In this document: in pieces, positions 1 to 10,522 of the stretch
Numbering within the stretch: position 1 is the first letter of the stretch
How the letters are laid out: each line of letters starts with the position of its first letter
Virus record (IMG/VR): IMGVR_UViG_3300045988_080614
DNA from: a virus
DNA: 64,000 nt
Reading direction: 5' to 3' (one strand)
The notes under the pieces: model-generated
Told to the model about the DNA's origin: nothing
The model's database searches: none
What the model saw: only the letters and a program-made list of their open reading frames with translations
Translations under genes and position numbers: made by a program

Positions 1-572
1 GTAGTTATTGCACAATCAAAATCTGTTATACCATTAATTCCTTGCCTTTCTTCAAGTTCACTTAATGCACCGACTCCTATACCCCAGTCAGATAATAGCT
101 GCTCTAATCTTCTATTCAACTTACTATTGAATTCAATCTTATGAGCTATATCTTCTTTATTTTCTCTTATAGGTTTTATAGAAAGTTTTACTTTATCATC
201 TACATTAGTTATTGTTGCAAAGAACTTACTTCTATAAGGACTATTTCTATTAAATGATACAGCTTGTTCCTCTAGATTCATTACATTAGTATAATTTCTA
301 GCTACAGGACTATTATGCTGATTCAAATTTTTTAGCTGGCTAAGTTCATCTTTAAGACCATCCAAGCCAACTTTATACATCAGGTCTTCCATTAAAGGAT
401 TACCTTCATTATCATATCTAACATTTGGAAATGCTTTACTAAACTCTGGAGATTTAACTCTCTGCCAGTAATATAATGCTTGTTTAGTATTTCCAAAATA
501 ACTTTTTAATTGTGTAAATAAAGAGGGGATATTCCCCTCTTTATTTGTTGGTATAAATGTACATTTACTCAT
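1..572 (-). CDS. hypothetical protein, N-terminal part only (gene runs off the left edge); directly downstream of the giant RNAP-like gene
   Basis: ATG at 572-570, two nt after the stop (576-574) of the 2457-aa ORF. Frame stays open to position 1 (hand translation MSKCTFIPTNKEGNIPSLFTQLKSYF...). Absent from the ORF track because no stop lies in the window. Confidence 0.5.
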   Translation of the reverse strand, partial: MSKCTFIPTNKEGNIPSLFTQLKSYFGNTKQALYYWQRVKSPEFSKAFPNVRYDNEGNPLMEDLMYKVGLDGLKDELSQLKNLNQHNSPVARNYTNVMNLEEQAVSFNRNSPYRSKFFATITNVDDKVKLSIKPIRENKEDIAHKIEFNSKLNRRLEQLLSDWGIGVGALSELEERQGINGITDFDCAIT

Positions 573-573
573 A

Positions 574-3500
574 TTAAAATCTTGCTATTACATTATCACA
601 GAATTTATTTCCTTGTTCATCCTCTGTTATAGGAGGAAGACTTTCTAGTTTATCAATAGGTTGTGATGCAGTATAACCATTTTCAGCAGCTTTCTGTTTA
701 ATTGCAGCAAGTAAACTTGCTTGTGCAGATTGCTGTTGTTCCATAACAAAATTAGCCATATCTTGATTATCTGTAATATCTGTATTATCAACATAATCAT
801 TAAGATTAGCTTTATATGCTTGTGGTTTAGGTACTACTGATTCCATATCTTCACTAGCATTACTATCATACTCTACATATTGATTCTTTACTCCTAAAGG
901 TTGTACTCTTTGATATGAAGCTATTAAACTATTAGGAGCATTTACTCTTTCAAAGTATAAGTCAGCCCCCTTATAATTAATATGAACATAAGGTAAATAT
1001 TCAGGAGTACTTTTATCATCAAATGGTTTAGCAATTTTTTTATCATCCATAGATGAATTGAAATCAACTTTAACATCAAAATTTTCTGTTTCAAGATTAA
1101 CTTCACTTACATAAGATGCCCCAGTAATATCTGGTACTAATGTTCTATCATCTAAATGATTTCTAAAATATTGACCTATAAAAGTAGTTATATCAGCTTT
1201 CTCAAAGTACATATCTTCAAGAGTTTCTATATAATTACCAGTATTCATCTTCACTGCTACAGGAGCCAAATGACTAAATCCATTAGGACTGAAACCTAAT
1301 CCTTTATAATTACAGTAAAGAAATAGCTTAATAGCCATATCCTTACATTCATCATTAATGTTCATAAGTGTTTCCCAACTTCTAACATAGTCTTGTTTCT
1401 GTATATCAGTGATTCTACCTACATTGCTGAAAGTAAGAGATGGTGCTGGATTATACTTAGTAAACTTATTATACTTTACTCTATTTATAATAGGTAACTG
1501 AGATAACTCTGGGTGAGCCTTCTTGAAAGCATCAAACTCAGCAGGGAATTTAGTAATATAATATTCTCTTTCAGATATAGGATTACCATCCTCATCCTTA
1601 TAGTTATATTCACTAGTTTCTGCTAACATATAACTAATAAAATCATTATATATACTATTTCTCTGCTTTTCATTTAAATTACCATATCTAGTCATATCTT
1701 TTATAGTACTTATAATACTGGTATAAGTATTATTATAGTATGGAAAATACTTATTGAATAACTTCTTAGTAGATTCTACACCATAAGTAAAGAATGCCTG
1801 CAATATAGGTAATGGACTATTAATAACACCTTCTTCTGATAAATTAAATGAGAGTAATGATGTTCCTGTAAGAGAGTAATTAGCATCTTTCATAGGAGCT
1901 TCCAATACTTTTTCAACTTTTTCAATATTAATTATATCTGAAGAGATATAAGGTCCTGCTCCACCATTTTGAGTATCAGCTCTAGTAGCATTAGTAAATT
2001 CATTCAAATCACCTGCTAATTTATTGAGTCTTGCAAACATAAAGCCTACTTTTAATTGATTAGCATAGAATTCATGACCTTCACTAGTATTAGCAGTATC
2101 TGCATCTTTTCTTGCTATAATATTACTTGCTAAGTCTTCATCTTTAAAATTATAATTTTCTATTTTAGTATAGTAACTATTAACATTTGTGCCATTATTA
2201 TAATTTTTATACTTATTAATAACATTAATAATGGCTTCTGCTAATGATACTCTATTATTCTGTACTTCTTTTACTATATCTCTTACAATAGGTTGATTAA
2301 TTATAAGTGACATAGTATTAATTCCTACACCCATTCTTAATAATGCAAATGCACTAGAAGCAGTAATTTCATTGAAGTTCATATCACCTGCAATAGGGTC
2401 TTTTGCATTATCTACAAAGGCTGCCAAGAAACTAGCAATATTTCTGGTAATAAATTCACCATCTACATTCTTAATATCATGTAAAGAATTATATTTATGA
2501 CCATTAAATGTCAACTGATATTCTTCTTTAATACCAAGTTTAGTCTGCTGCATTAATGCATGAGAAGCATTATTAGTAGCAGCCATAGGAATAAGTGATG
2601 CACCAGACATATTTCTTTGATGAAGAGTAACCCAAGTAGTAGGTACTAATGGATTAAGTTTTTCCTTATATTTATCTGCTAAATCATCAAGTTCATCAAG
2701 ACTAAGTTTCTCAAGTCCTTTTAAACCCCCTAATTTAGTAAGAGTTTCTTTATCAACATTATATAAGATAGTATTAATTCTAGCAGCTTTCTTTGGTTTA
2801 TCAAAACCACCAGGTTCTAGAATACTCTTAGCAGTATCTTTATGTGATAATACACTCCACATAAGGTCAATCATCAAAGAATCTCTTTGTTTCTTACTAT
2901 TAGCCTTTGCATTATTATAAATACTTAACTTGTCATTTCCTTCTATTTTATCAAAGTCATAGTCATATGTACTAAAAGAACTATTTATTAAGTACTTGGA
3001 TTTGTTTTTATTAAACCATTCAGAGAATCTTGCTTGAGCAGTTTCAGATAGATTATATCTTTTGACATTACTAGATTTTAACCATCCTTTAAACTCTTCG
3101 GTAATGCTTTCCATTTCCCAAAGTTCAAGATTTTCATCTTTATAATATCTATTAATATAATCCTGTAAACCTTCTCCAAAATTTCTATCAATTTCTTCAA
3201 GAATATCCTTACTTGATTCTAATTGATAAAAATCATCCCAAGCTTTCTTAATGTTATAGTTATTTTTAGTAAACAAACTATGAAACATTACATAAACTTT
3301 ATCAACATCATAATCAGAACCTGCTAAAGAAGTAATTTCTTTAGGTAGTATAATTACACTACCTACTTGTCTAGGTAAGAATCCCTTTATTCTAATATGT
3401 TGCATAGAATATTTATCCTCAGTAGGAACTCTATAACCTATTACTTCTCTATACTTTTCTGGTACTATATAATTACCTTTACTATCTTTCTTGTTAATAT

Positions 3501-6500
3501 CAAGTTCATGAGTATTAGGGTCTAGCAAAGCATTATACAATTCTTCTGTTGGACAAGGAAGATAAGCTTCAAAATATTTAATAGAACCATCTTCATTATA
3601 AACAATTTGAGGCTGTTTACTTTCATCAAGACCAAAAGGAGAAGCTTGAATTAATGCTCCACCATTAATCTTCTGCTTAGTAACCCTATTTTTCAATATA
3701 CTATTAAGTAATGCCTGTATTCTTAAAGTCTGTGAAGGGTCTATAAGAGGAATATTAAAGTTACCATTCTCATCAAGAGTCAATGCTCTAATTAAGTCTG
3801 TTCCATATCTAGGATTACTTCTTACTTCTCTTATAAGTTCTTTCTCAACCTCATGAATATCATTAAACTTATCAGATACTTCCTTAAAAGCTTCTTGAAT
3901 ATTAGCAGTATTGATAGCATTAAAATAATTCATCCATTCTTCCTGTGTAAATTCCCTATCTTTATACTTTAATTTAAAGTTAGGGTCTCTATTAGGATTC
4001 ATGTCAGAACTAATCAATCTTCTAATCTGAGTACCTACAAGTTGAACCTTGTCAATACCATGTTCAGGAGTAGATGTCTGAATACCATAATCATTGTAAT
4101 CAAATTCATGTACTACATTTGGATTTTCTTTACCATTAAGCCTGGTTACATTTTCCAGGACAGTCATAGTAGAAGCATAATTTGTAGCATCATTAAGATT
4201 AATTGTACCTTGTAAGCCATCCTTTACAGCACTTTCAAACATAGCAGAATCTATATTATTCTTTACCATAAAGTCATTGAGAGCTTGCAATTTACTTGAA
4301 TGAAGTATTTGTCCAAACATTGCTCCTGTAAGGAGAAGGAACTCTGAATTCTTATGTTGAGTTGGAACTTTCATAATTCCACCCATTCCATCAGGTTGAT
4401 TCTTCTGAGTATAAAGATATGGTTTTCTTGTATTCCAAAGTACTAAGAAATCACTTGCAGTCCACTTATTATTCATAATATTATTGTAGGCTGTTTCTTC
4501 TGCATCAGACCACATACCTGCCATAATTTGAGTAGACCTAAATGATGGTAATGTATTATAAGCTTGTGCATCTGCTACATTGACTTTATTAAATATAGAC
4601 ATAATAGCAGCTTTATCATAAGCAGTAAAGGCATCATCTTTATCTTTAACTCTAGCTTCAAGTATTTCATTAATACTATCCATACTATTAGCAGGAAGAA
4701 TGTTATCCTTTAGATAAATAACTCTTCTAGCAGTTCTTCTACTTCCATCATTATTTACTAATACTGGTTTACCATTCCAAGTAGCAAGAGTATTAAGTCT
4801 TTCTGCTGGTGCATGGTCTTGCTTATTTCTCTTTTGGAAGTCCTCAAGATTTTTATAATAAGCTAAATCAGTAGTTGTAAGTTCAATGAACTGAGAAGTA
4901 AAATAAGTACTATTCCAGAACCACTCTCTCATTCTATCATTCATTCCTTCCTCAGAATAAACATTTACATGTTTAAATCTAGCATTCTTCTCTGTACCAA
5001 TTCTATCATAAAGACCAATATCCTTATAGTGTTGAATAGCCTCTTTAAATCTACTATCCATTATAGATTTAATAGTATTTTTAATTAAGTTATCAACTTC
5101 ATCCATAGATATCTGTTTAGCTTCATCTATAGCTTGAAGGAATGTCTTACCACTTTCATCTTTCTGATTTAATTCAGGGAAGAACTTAAATTCTGCACCT
5201 CCCATCTTTTTACCATTCATATCAAAGTTAGCAATAGGGTCTATATGATTATCTGTAGTAGCTCTTTCTTTAACAAGATTGATTCTATCAATCTCCTGAT
5301 ATACTAAATCTTTAAACTTATCAAGTAATTTCTCTTCATATCCTTTTTTATATCTCTTGAATTTAATAAACTCAGCAGATTGTGCATCAGATAACATAGG
5401 TACTTGATAATAACCATAAGTTTCACTTCCACTTCTATCTGCTGCACCAGTCATATACATATTATATAAGGCTAATGTAGCATCTAAATCTGTCCAAGCA
5501 TTATATTCTTTTCTATTATATTGAAGGAGTACTACATGCTTTAAATTACTTCTTACTTCTGCATTATTTTCAATTTCTTCTAATATACTATTTCTCCATT
5601 TACCATTCTTATTAAACCAATTACATACTCTATAATCATCAAGTACCTGTTTATAAGTATCTTCTCTCTGTAACTTCTTAATAAGAGTTGTTACATAAGA
5701 AGGATTAATATGAGCATACATAGTTTTATCACCTTGTCTTACACTAGATTCAATAGTATCTTCATCTACTTTATTGATTACCTCTGCAATATTATTAAAG
5801 GCAGTACCATGAATATTAAGTAAGTCTATATATTCACCATCTTTAACTTTCTCATTACCTTTATTTAAGTCATAATAAATAGTTCTTAAATTACTTAATA
5901 AGACATTAACTGCTGGCTTGAAAGCTTTATTATCTAAGTTAAACTTTAATGCATTTTCAAGTGTTTCTGAATCTACACTAGCACCTAACATATTCATAGC
6001 TTTCTTAATTCTTGCTATATTCTCATTAGTAAGATTTTCAGCAATAGTTTCTCTGTCTTCAAATATATCAAGTAATTCATTAACTAAATCAAGACCTACT
6101 TTAGCATTCTTTAATTGAATGTCTCCATTCTTATCATAAATACTATCAGTAGTAAGAACATTACCATATTCATAGTTATCTCTCCATTCATCAAAATAAT
6201 GTGAAGTACCCTCTGCACCATTAATAGACATTACTTTAGTACTTGTAGAGGTATCACTATTAGTACTTACCTTCTGAATAAAGTAATTAACATAATCCTT
6301 TCTATATGCTCTATAAAACTCAGTAAACAGTTGATTATCATTATTTAATTCATTAATAATCTGTTTTACCCAAACCTTCTTTTTACTAAGTTGTTCAAGC
6401 ATAGGAATCATATCTTCAGCACTAACCATATTTCTAAGAGCCTGTATTAATTCTGAATGTACATAACCTGCATTAAGATAGATATTATCTCCTAAATCAT

Positions 6501-7947
6501 CTCTATCAACATTGCCTGTAGAATCATATCTTACCATATTACCTATGGCTTGTCTAACTCTAGCAGTAAGACTATCAAAAGTAGCTACCTGTCTAACATC
6601 AGTCATCCATCCATCTTTCAAAGATTCTTCTTTCTCAAATACATCTCCTTGATTAGTTTGTTTACCATCCTCATTGAAAGTATCACTATTCTCTTGAGTA
6701 TTAAGTACAAAGCTGCTATTTAAGTTAACAGAAATACCCTCAGTTAATGCTAAATTTCCTAATGATTCTTCTGCTAATACTTGAAAGTTATTAAGTACAT
6801 TTTGAAAAGCTTTAGTCTTTCTTTCTGCAACATTTTTAGCTATATTAGTAGCTATCCTATCATCAAGATTAGGTTTAACACTTAATATTTGTTGCTTTTC
6901 TATAGCTATCTTTGCCTCTAAAGGAGCATCAGCATATACTTGGAAAGCTTTTCTTACTTCCATCATAATACTCTGTACACCTTCAGACTTAATAACACTG
7001 AATCTAGTAATTTTCTTTCTACCAAATAATAAATCATTCTTTACTTTAGGATTAGTTTCTGCTTGAATTTTATCATTATAAGTAGCTAACTTATCTTTTA
7101 ATTTACTATTTACTATAGATGAAAACATTCTAGTGATTCTTTCTACTCTATGCTTTCTCTCTATAGGAGACATTTGTCTAGCACATCTAGCTAAATCCTT
7201 AGCATATGATTTATCATCTTCCTGTATAGGAGTCTCTTCTTGTGTAGAAGTAGTATCTTGTTTTTGATATATAGGAATATTAACTTTAGAACCATCAATT
7301 TTCTTTGTAATAGTTCTTTCTCCTACTTTAATCATATTTCTACCTACATTATCAAGAGCTTTAATACCTTCATCTGATATAGAACCCCAAGTAGAAACTT
7401 TAGCTCCTTCTGGTATTAATTTAATTAATTCTTTAAATAGAATCTTTCTTTCTTCTTTAGTAGTAGGAGTAGTATTTTCTGCATTATATTTAGCTCCTTC
7501 TTTTGCAGTTTTAAAATGTACAGAATAAAAATTATCCTCTACATCTTTAACTAATTCAAAGTACCCTTTTGAATGGTCTTTAAGATAAACTCTTAAAGTC
7601 TTATTTGATTTTGTAGAGTCACTTTTCCAAGGTTTATCATGTTGCTCTACATCTACTAATGATTTATCTACGTTATTAATATTCTTTAATAGATTATTAC
7701 TGTCCTGTACAGGAGTCTCAGAACTCTGTCTACTTCCAATTTGTGATTGTATGAATTTCTCTATTTCATCTTTTGTAGGCATTGTAGGCTCTTCACCATC
7801 TTTAAAATTAGCACTTTGCCAAGCACTAATCATAGACCTTACCATATCAAAAGTCTGCATACAATCATACTTGTCTTTAAACTCACTTAAGAAATTCTGT
7901 ACTATTCTAATATTATCTCCAGTGAGTAACATACAATGTATTGCCAT
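574..7947 (-). CDS. giant virion-type RNA polymerase-like protein (crAss-like phage vRNAP class)
   Basis: Uninterrupted 2457-aa ORF. DxDxD metal-binding motif SDYDVDKVY is encoded at 3301-3315. Size and context match the Crassvirales virion RNAP (phi14:2 gp66 class). Assigned from recall; no alignment was run. Confidence 0.65.
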   Translation of the reverse strand: MAIHCMLLTGDNIRIVQNFLSEFKDKYDCMQTFDMVRSMISAWQSANFKDGEEPTMPTKDEIEKFIQSQIGSRQSSETPVQDSNNLLKNINNVDKSLVDVEQHDKPWKSDSTKSNKTLRVYLKDHSKGYFELVKDVEDNFYSVHFKTAKEGAKYNAENTTPTTKEERKILFKELIKLIPEGAKVSTWGSISDEGIKALDNVGRNMIKVGERTITKKIDGSKVNIPIYQKQDTTSTQEETPIQEDDKSYAKDLARCARQMSPIERKHRVERITRMFSSIVNSKLKDKLATYNDKIQAETNPKVKNDLLFGRKKITRFSVIKSEGVQSIMMEVRKAFQVYADAPLEAKIAIEKQQILSVKPNLDDRIATNIAKNVAERKTKAFQNVLNNFQVLAEESLGNLALTEGISVNLNSSFVLNTQENSDTFNEDGKQTNQGDVFEKEESLKDGWMTDVRQVATFDSLTARVRQAIGNMVRYDSTGNVDRDDLGDNIYLNAGYVHSELIQALRNMVSAEDMIPMLEQLSKKKVWVKQIINELNNDNQLFTEFYRAYRKDYVNYFIQKVSTNSDTSTSTKVMSINGAEGTSHYFDEWRDNYEYGNVLTTDSIYDKNGDIQLKNAKVGLDLVNELLDIFEDRETIAENLTNENIARIKKAMNMLGASVDSETLENALKFNLDNKAFKPAVNVLLSNLRTIYYDLNKGNEKVKDGEYIDLLNIHGTAFNNIAEVINKVDEDTIESSVRQGDKTMYAHINPSYVTTLIKKLQREDTYKQVLDDYRVCNWFNKNGKWRNSILEEIENNAEVRSNLKHVVLLQYNRKEYNAWTDLDATLALYNMYMTGAADRSGSETYGYYQVPMLSDAQSAEFIKFKRYKKGYEEKLLDKFKDLVYQEIDRINLVKERATTDNHIDPIANFDMNGKKMGGAEFKFFPELNQKDESGKTFLQAIDEAKQISMDEVDNLIKNTIKSIMDSRFKEAIQHYKDIGLYDRIGTEKNARFKHVNVYSEEGMNDRMREWFWNSTYFTSQFIELTTTDLAYYKNLEDFQKRNKQDHAPAERLNTLATWNGKPVLVNNDGSRRTARRVIYLKDNILPANSMDSINEILEARVKDKDDAFTAYDKAAIMSIFNKVNVADAQAYNTLPSFRSTQIMAGMWSDAEETAYNNIMNNKWTASDFLVLWNTRKPYLYTQKNQPDGMGGIMKVPTQHKNSEFLLLTGAMFGQILHSSKLQALNDFMVKNNIDSAMFESAVKDGLQGTINLNDATNYASTMTVLENVTRLNGKENPNVVHEFDYNDYGIQTSTPEHGIDKVQLVGTQIRRLISSDMNPNRDPNFKLKYKDREFTQEEWMNYFNAINTANIQEAFKEVSDKFNDIHEVEKELIREVRSNPRYGTDLIRALTLDENGNFNIPLIDPSQTLRIQALLNSILKNRVTKQKINGGALIQASPFGLDESKQPQIVYNEDGSIKYFEAYLPCPTEELYNALLDPNTHELDINKKDSKGNYIVPEKYREVIGYRVPTEDKYSMQHIRIKGFLPRQVGSVIILPKEITSLAGSDYDVDKVYVMFHSLFTKNNYNIKKAWDDFYQLESSKDILEEIDRNFGEGLQDYINRYYKDENLELWEMESITEEFKGWLKSSNVKRYNLSETAQARFSEWFNKNKSKYLINSSFSTYDYDFDKIEGNDKLSIYNNAKANSKKQRDSLMIDLMWSVLSHKDTAKSILEPGGFDKPKKAARINTILYNVDKETLTKLGGLKGLEKLSLDELDDLADKYKEKLNPLVPTTWVTLHQRNMSGASLIPMAATNNASHALMQQTKLGIKEEYQLTFNGHKYNSLHDIKNVDGEFITRNIASFLAAFVDNAKDPIAGDMNFNEITASSAFALLRMGVGINTMSLIINQPIVRDIVKEVQNNRVSLAEAIINVINKYKNYNNGTNVNSYYTKIENYNFKDEDLASNIIARKDADTANTSEGHEFYANQLKVGFMFARLNKLAGDLNEFTNATRADTQNGGAGPYISSDIINIEKVEKVLEAPMKDANYSLTGTSLLSFNLSEEGVINSPLPILQAFFTYGVESTKKLFNKYFPYYNNTYTSIISTIKDMTRYGNLNEKQRNSIYNDFISYMLAETSEYNYKDEDGNPISEREYYITKFPAEFDAFKKAHPELSQLPIINRVKYNKFTKYNPAPSLTFSNVGRITDIQKQDYVRSWETLMNINDECKDMAIKLFLYCNYKGLGFSPNGFSHLAPVAVKMNTGNYIETLEDMYFEKADITTFIGQYFRNHLDDRTLVPDITGASYVSEVNLETENFDVKVDFNSSMDDKKIAKPFDDKSTPEYLPYVHINYKGADLYFERVNAPNSLIASYQRVQPLGVKNQYVEYDSNASEDMESVVPKPQAYKANLNDYVDNTDITDNQDMANFVMEQQQSAQASLLAAIKQKAAENGYTASQPIDKLESLPPITEDEQGNKFCDNVIARF

Positions 7948-7978
7948 ATTCTTTATATTTAATTAAATTATTTGTTTG

Positions 7979-8009
7979 CAAAGATACAACTTTTATAGTT
8001 AGTTGCAAA
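7979..8009 (-). promoter_or_regulatory. Bacteroidota sigma-A type promoter (TTTG-N19-TAtcTTTG) upstream of the RNAP-like gene
   Basis: Minus strand reads TTTG (8009-8006), a 19-nt spacer, then TATCTTTG (7986-7979). This lies 31 nt upstream of the ATG at 7947. Confidence 0.55.
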
Positions 8010-8028
8010 ACTTTTTAGTAAAAATTAA

Positions 8029-8059
8029 AGGTACTATAAACAAATCGCTTATAGTACCT
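8029..8059 (-). terminator. intrinsic terminator-like hairpin after the 204-aa gene
   Basis: 11-bp stem aggtactataa/ttatagtacct with a 9-nt loop. T-rich tract follows on the minus strand. Sits between the stop at 8084 and the promoter at 8009. Confidence 0.5.
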
Positions 8060-8083
8060 TCTTAACATTATTAACAATTAAAA

Positions 8084-8698
8084 CTATTGAACAATGTATT
8101 TAGTATTATCAATAATAAGCCATTTAATGGTATTAATATTGACTAATCTTACATTGTTTTCTGAATCTTCAATATCCATATCAATACACTGATACTTACC
8201 ATCTCTAGATTCAAATTGAATTTTATATCCTCTAAGAACTCTATCTTCTCCTTCAACAATCTTAGGAATAGGATTATTCATAAGAGTATAAAGAGTTTTC
8301 TTAGCCCAATCTGCTACACCTTTCTTTGAATTTTTAACCTTATCAATTTCTTGGCATATTTGTTCAGCCAGAGTATCTACTTCTGTTTTAAATTGTTTAG
8401 CACTTTTAGCTTTATCTTGTTTCTTAAAACATACAGTAAATACCTTACTACTATGAATATTCTCCCATATACTTCTAATTCCAGGAGTACCATCTTTCTT
8501 GTCTTCTTTAGTAACTTTTACTTCTGTAGTATACCCATCAGCAGTATTACAGAAATTATGAAGATAATCCTTATCAATAGCTACTTCATTCTTACTTTCA
8601 AAGTGTTCAAGAATAACACTACTACCAAGAATATTCTTTACTCTATAATGAGAACTTTCACTAAGAATATCACCTTTTTTAATTTCTTTTTCAATCAT
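8084..8698 (-). CDS. hypothetical protein
   Basis: 204-aa ORF with an ATG start, tightly packed with its neighbours. No motif recognised. Confidence 0.55.
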   Translation of the reverse strand: MIEKEIKKGDILSESSHYRVKNILGSSVILEHFESKNEVAIDKDYLHNFCNTADGYTTEVKVTKEDKKDGTPGIRSIWENIHSSKVFTVCFKKQDKAKSAKQFKTEVDTLAEQICQEIDKVKNSKKGVADWAKKTLYTLMNNPIPKIVEGEDRVLRGYKIQFESRDGKYQCIDMDIEDSENNVRLVNINTIKWLIIDNTKYIVQ

Positions 8699-8700
8699 AA

Positions 8701-9570
8701 TTATAAATATTTATTATTAATAAAATCTTGATGCATTGGATGTGCTAAATCATACATCTGTGGGTCAACTATCTTGTTATCTCTGAGTTCAAAGAAATGT
8801 TCCCAAGCTTCTTTAAATCCACACATATATAATTCTGTTTTAGTACTATTAGGCAATACTACTCTAGCCTGTTGTGGTTTCCAACCTTTTTCAAGAAGCT
8901 TAAAATAAGTAGCCTCTGCTGTAAGAAGATGTATCATAAAATCATACTCAACATTTTTACTAGTATAAAAATCATCATGATAATTCTTTTCAGTATAAGT
9001 ACCTTCTTTTATAGCTAACCAACAAGGTTTAATAAATGTGACTTCATTATTGAATTTGCATTTACCATAATTACAATATCTTTGAGATTCCTGAATAAAA
9101 GACATTGTTCTATGTCTTACTACTTCATGACTTACAGCTCTATTAGTGATAAGTTTTACTGTATATCTTTTAGGATAATATTCATTATCTTCTGAATTAA
9201 AGTACTCTCTAATATAGGATACTTTCTTTTCTAACTCTAGCCAATGTCTATAATTAGTAGTAAAGTAAGCATAATTATCTACTGCTTTACACTTAATCCA
9301 TTCCATATTATATAAATTATAATGCGTTAAATCTTCAGCAAATGTCTTAAGTAAAGTAATAGGCATCTTAAAGTGAATAGTACCAAATTCAAGTGGAGCA
9401 TCATGCTTATGTTCTTCTAACATATTTACAAATGGAGTAGCACTAATATCTGTAATTTTATCTTCACTTTTATAAGATACTCTAGCACATTTTTCTATAT
9501 GTTTATAGATACCTAATAAACTAAAATCTGTCTGATTACAGATTTCATAACTTTGATTAATTAACTTCAT
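8701..9570 (-). CDS. thyX: FAD-dependent thymidylate synthase ThyX
   Basis: ThyX signature RHRTMSFIQESQRY (RHRxxSxxxxSxRY). Confidence 0.85.
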   Translation of the reverse strand: MKLINQSYEICNQTDFSLLGIYKHIEKCARVSYKSEDKITDISATPFVNMLEEHKHDAPLEFGTIHFKMPITLLKTFAEDLTHYNLYNMEWIKCKAVDNYAYFTTNYRHWLELEKKVSYIREYFNSEDNEYYPKRYTVKLITNRAVSHEVVRHRTMSFIQESQRYCNYGKCKFNNEVTFIKPCWLAIKEGTYTEKNYHDDFYTSKNVEYDFMIHLLTAEATYFKLLEKGWKPQQARVVLPNSTKTELYMCGFKEAWEHFFELRDNKIVDPQMYDLAHPMHQDFINNKYL

Positions 9571-9571
9571 A

Positions 9572-9886
9572 TTATTCTAAATTAATACATTTATCATCAA
9601 CTACCCAGCCACTTAAATCATTAAGTTTAGTTTGGAAATTATTAATACTCTTTCTATGCTTATATTCTTCAAGAATAGCTCTAATCTGTTCAGGAGAATA
9701 CTTCTGAGAATCAAATGCTGTAAGCAATTTATTATCATCATTTTCATCCCCTTCGCTAATTTCAATAGTAGTAGTCTTACTCATAGTAATACTTACAGTA
9801 ATATCTACTTTAATTTTCTTTGGTTCAGAATTCAACTCATTGAGTCTTCTTTCTTCACTCTGCATTAATGTTGGTGTATTACTCAT
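9572..9886 (-). CDS. hypothetical protein
   Basis: The track start at 9889 is GTG. The first ATG is at 9886 (MSNTPTLMQ...) and overlaps the upstream stop. Confidence 0.5.
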   Translation of the reverse strand: MSNTPTLMQSEERRLNELNSEPKKIKVDITVSITMSKTTTIEISEGDENDDNKLLTAFDSQKYSPEQIRAILEEYKHRKSINNFQTKLNDLSGWVVDDKCINLE

Positions 9887-10349
9887 CACTAGTTTCTTTT
9901 AAATTATATAATTCTCGATATTTATTAAAGATACCTTTAATTATATCTTCTCCTATAGGATTCTCTCTTTTACTATCTCTTTCAAGACATACATCTAAAG
10001 GTACATTTGTAAAATCTTTAATTTCAATTATATACTTATCATTATTATCTTTGAATGTATCATTCATCATTGAAACCATACCTTTTAAATTTCCATTCTC
10101 TTTAGGATTAAGATTCATTTCATCTATGATGATAGTATTGAATTTAAAATTCATAGCATTTATTAATATAATACCTTTACAAGCTGTAATATAATGCTCT
10201 CTTGTAGGAACCCAATATTTACCACTCATATTTCTTAAATCATCTCTATTAATTCTAATAGAATGTTCTGGGTCTTTAAGAACCTCTTGTTTAGCCCAAG
10301 TACTCTTACCACTGGCAGGAATACCTCTTGTAAGAATTATTCTTTTCAT
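9879..10349 (-). CDS. polynucleotide 5'-kinase, T4 Pnk kinase-domain-like (no phosphatase domain)
   Basis: MKRIILTRGIPASGKSTWAKQ...INRDD...IIIDEMNLNPKE...RDSKR parallels the T4 PseT N-terminal kinase domain ([22 protein letters not shown]...NINRDD...ISDTNLNPERR...RNSKR) as I recall it. At 156 aa it covers only the kinase half. Confidence 0.7.
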   Translation of the reverse strand: MKRIILTRGIPASGKSTWAKQEVLKDPEHSIRINRDDLRNMSGKYWVPTREHYITACKGIILINAMNFKFNTIIIDEMNLNPKENGNLKGMVSMMNDTFKDNNDKYIIEIKDFTNVPLDVCLERDSKRENPIGEDIIKGIFNKYRELYNLKETSDE

Positions 10350-10522
10350 TTTATACTATTTGATTGTTCTACAATAGCCTCTTTAAGTTCTTTAAACTTC
10401 TGAGATACTTTCTTATCTACTAAATTATTTTCAATAAAAGCACAACTACAAGTATATGTCATATAAGCATCACATATCTTCTTAGCCATATTGTAAATAA
10501 GTCTTTTTCTGTTATTCCCCAT
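10346..10522 (-). CDS. small hypothetical protein (58 aa)
   Basis: Hand-translated MGNNRKRLIYNMAKKICDAYMTYTCSCAF... An ATGA overlap joins it to the downstream start. Confidence 0.35.
   Translation of the reverse strand: MGNNRKRLIYNMAKKICDAYMTYTCSCAFIENNLVDKKVSQKFKELKEAIVEQSNSIK

Noticed and set aside
5918-7966. Short plus-strand ORFs (5918-6118, 7751-7966) inside or overlapping the giant gene. The same applies to similar antisense ORFs elsewhere: 8351-8731, 9632-10194, 12021-12203, 15193-15393, 18709-19059, 22134-22385, 28684-28956, 33616-33958, 39286-39860 and 41268-41719.
   Set aside because: All are antisense to well-supported genes. They are low-complexity and lack recognisable motifs or regulatory signals.
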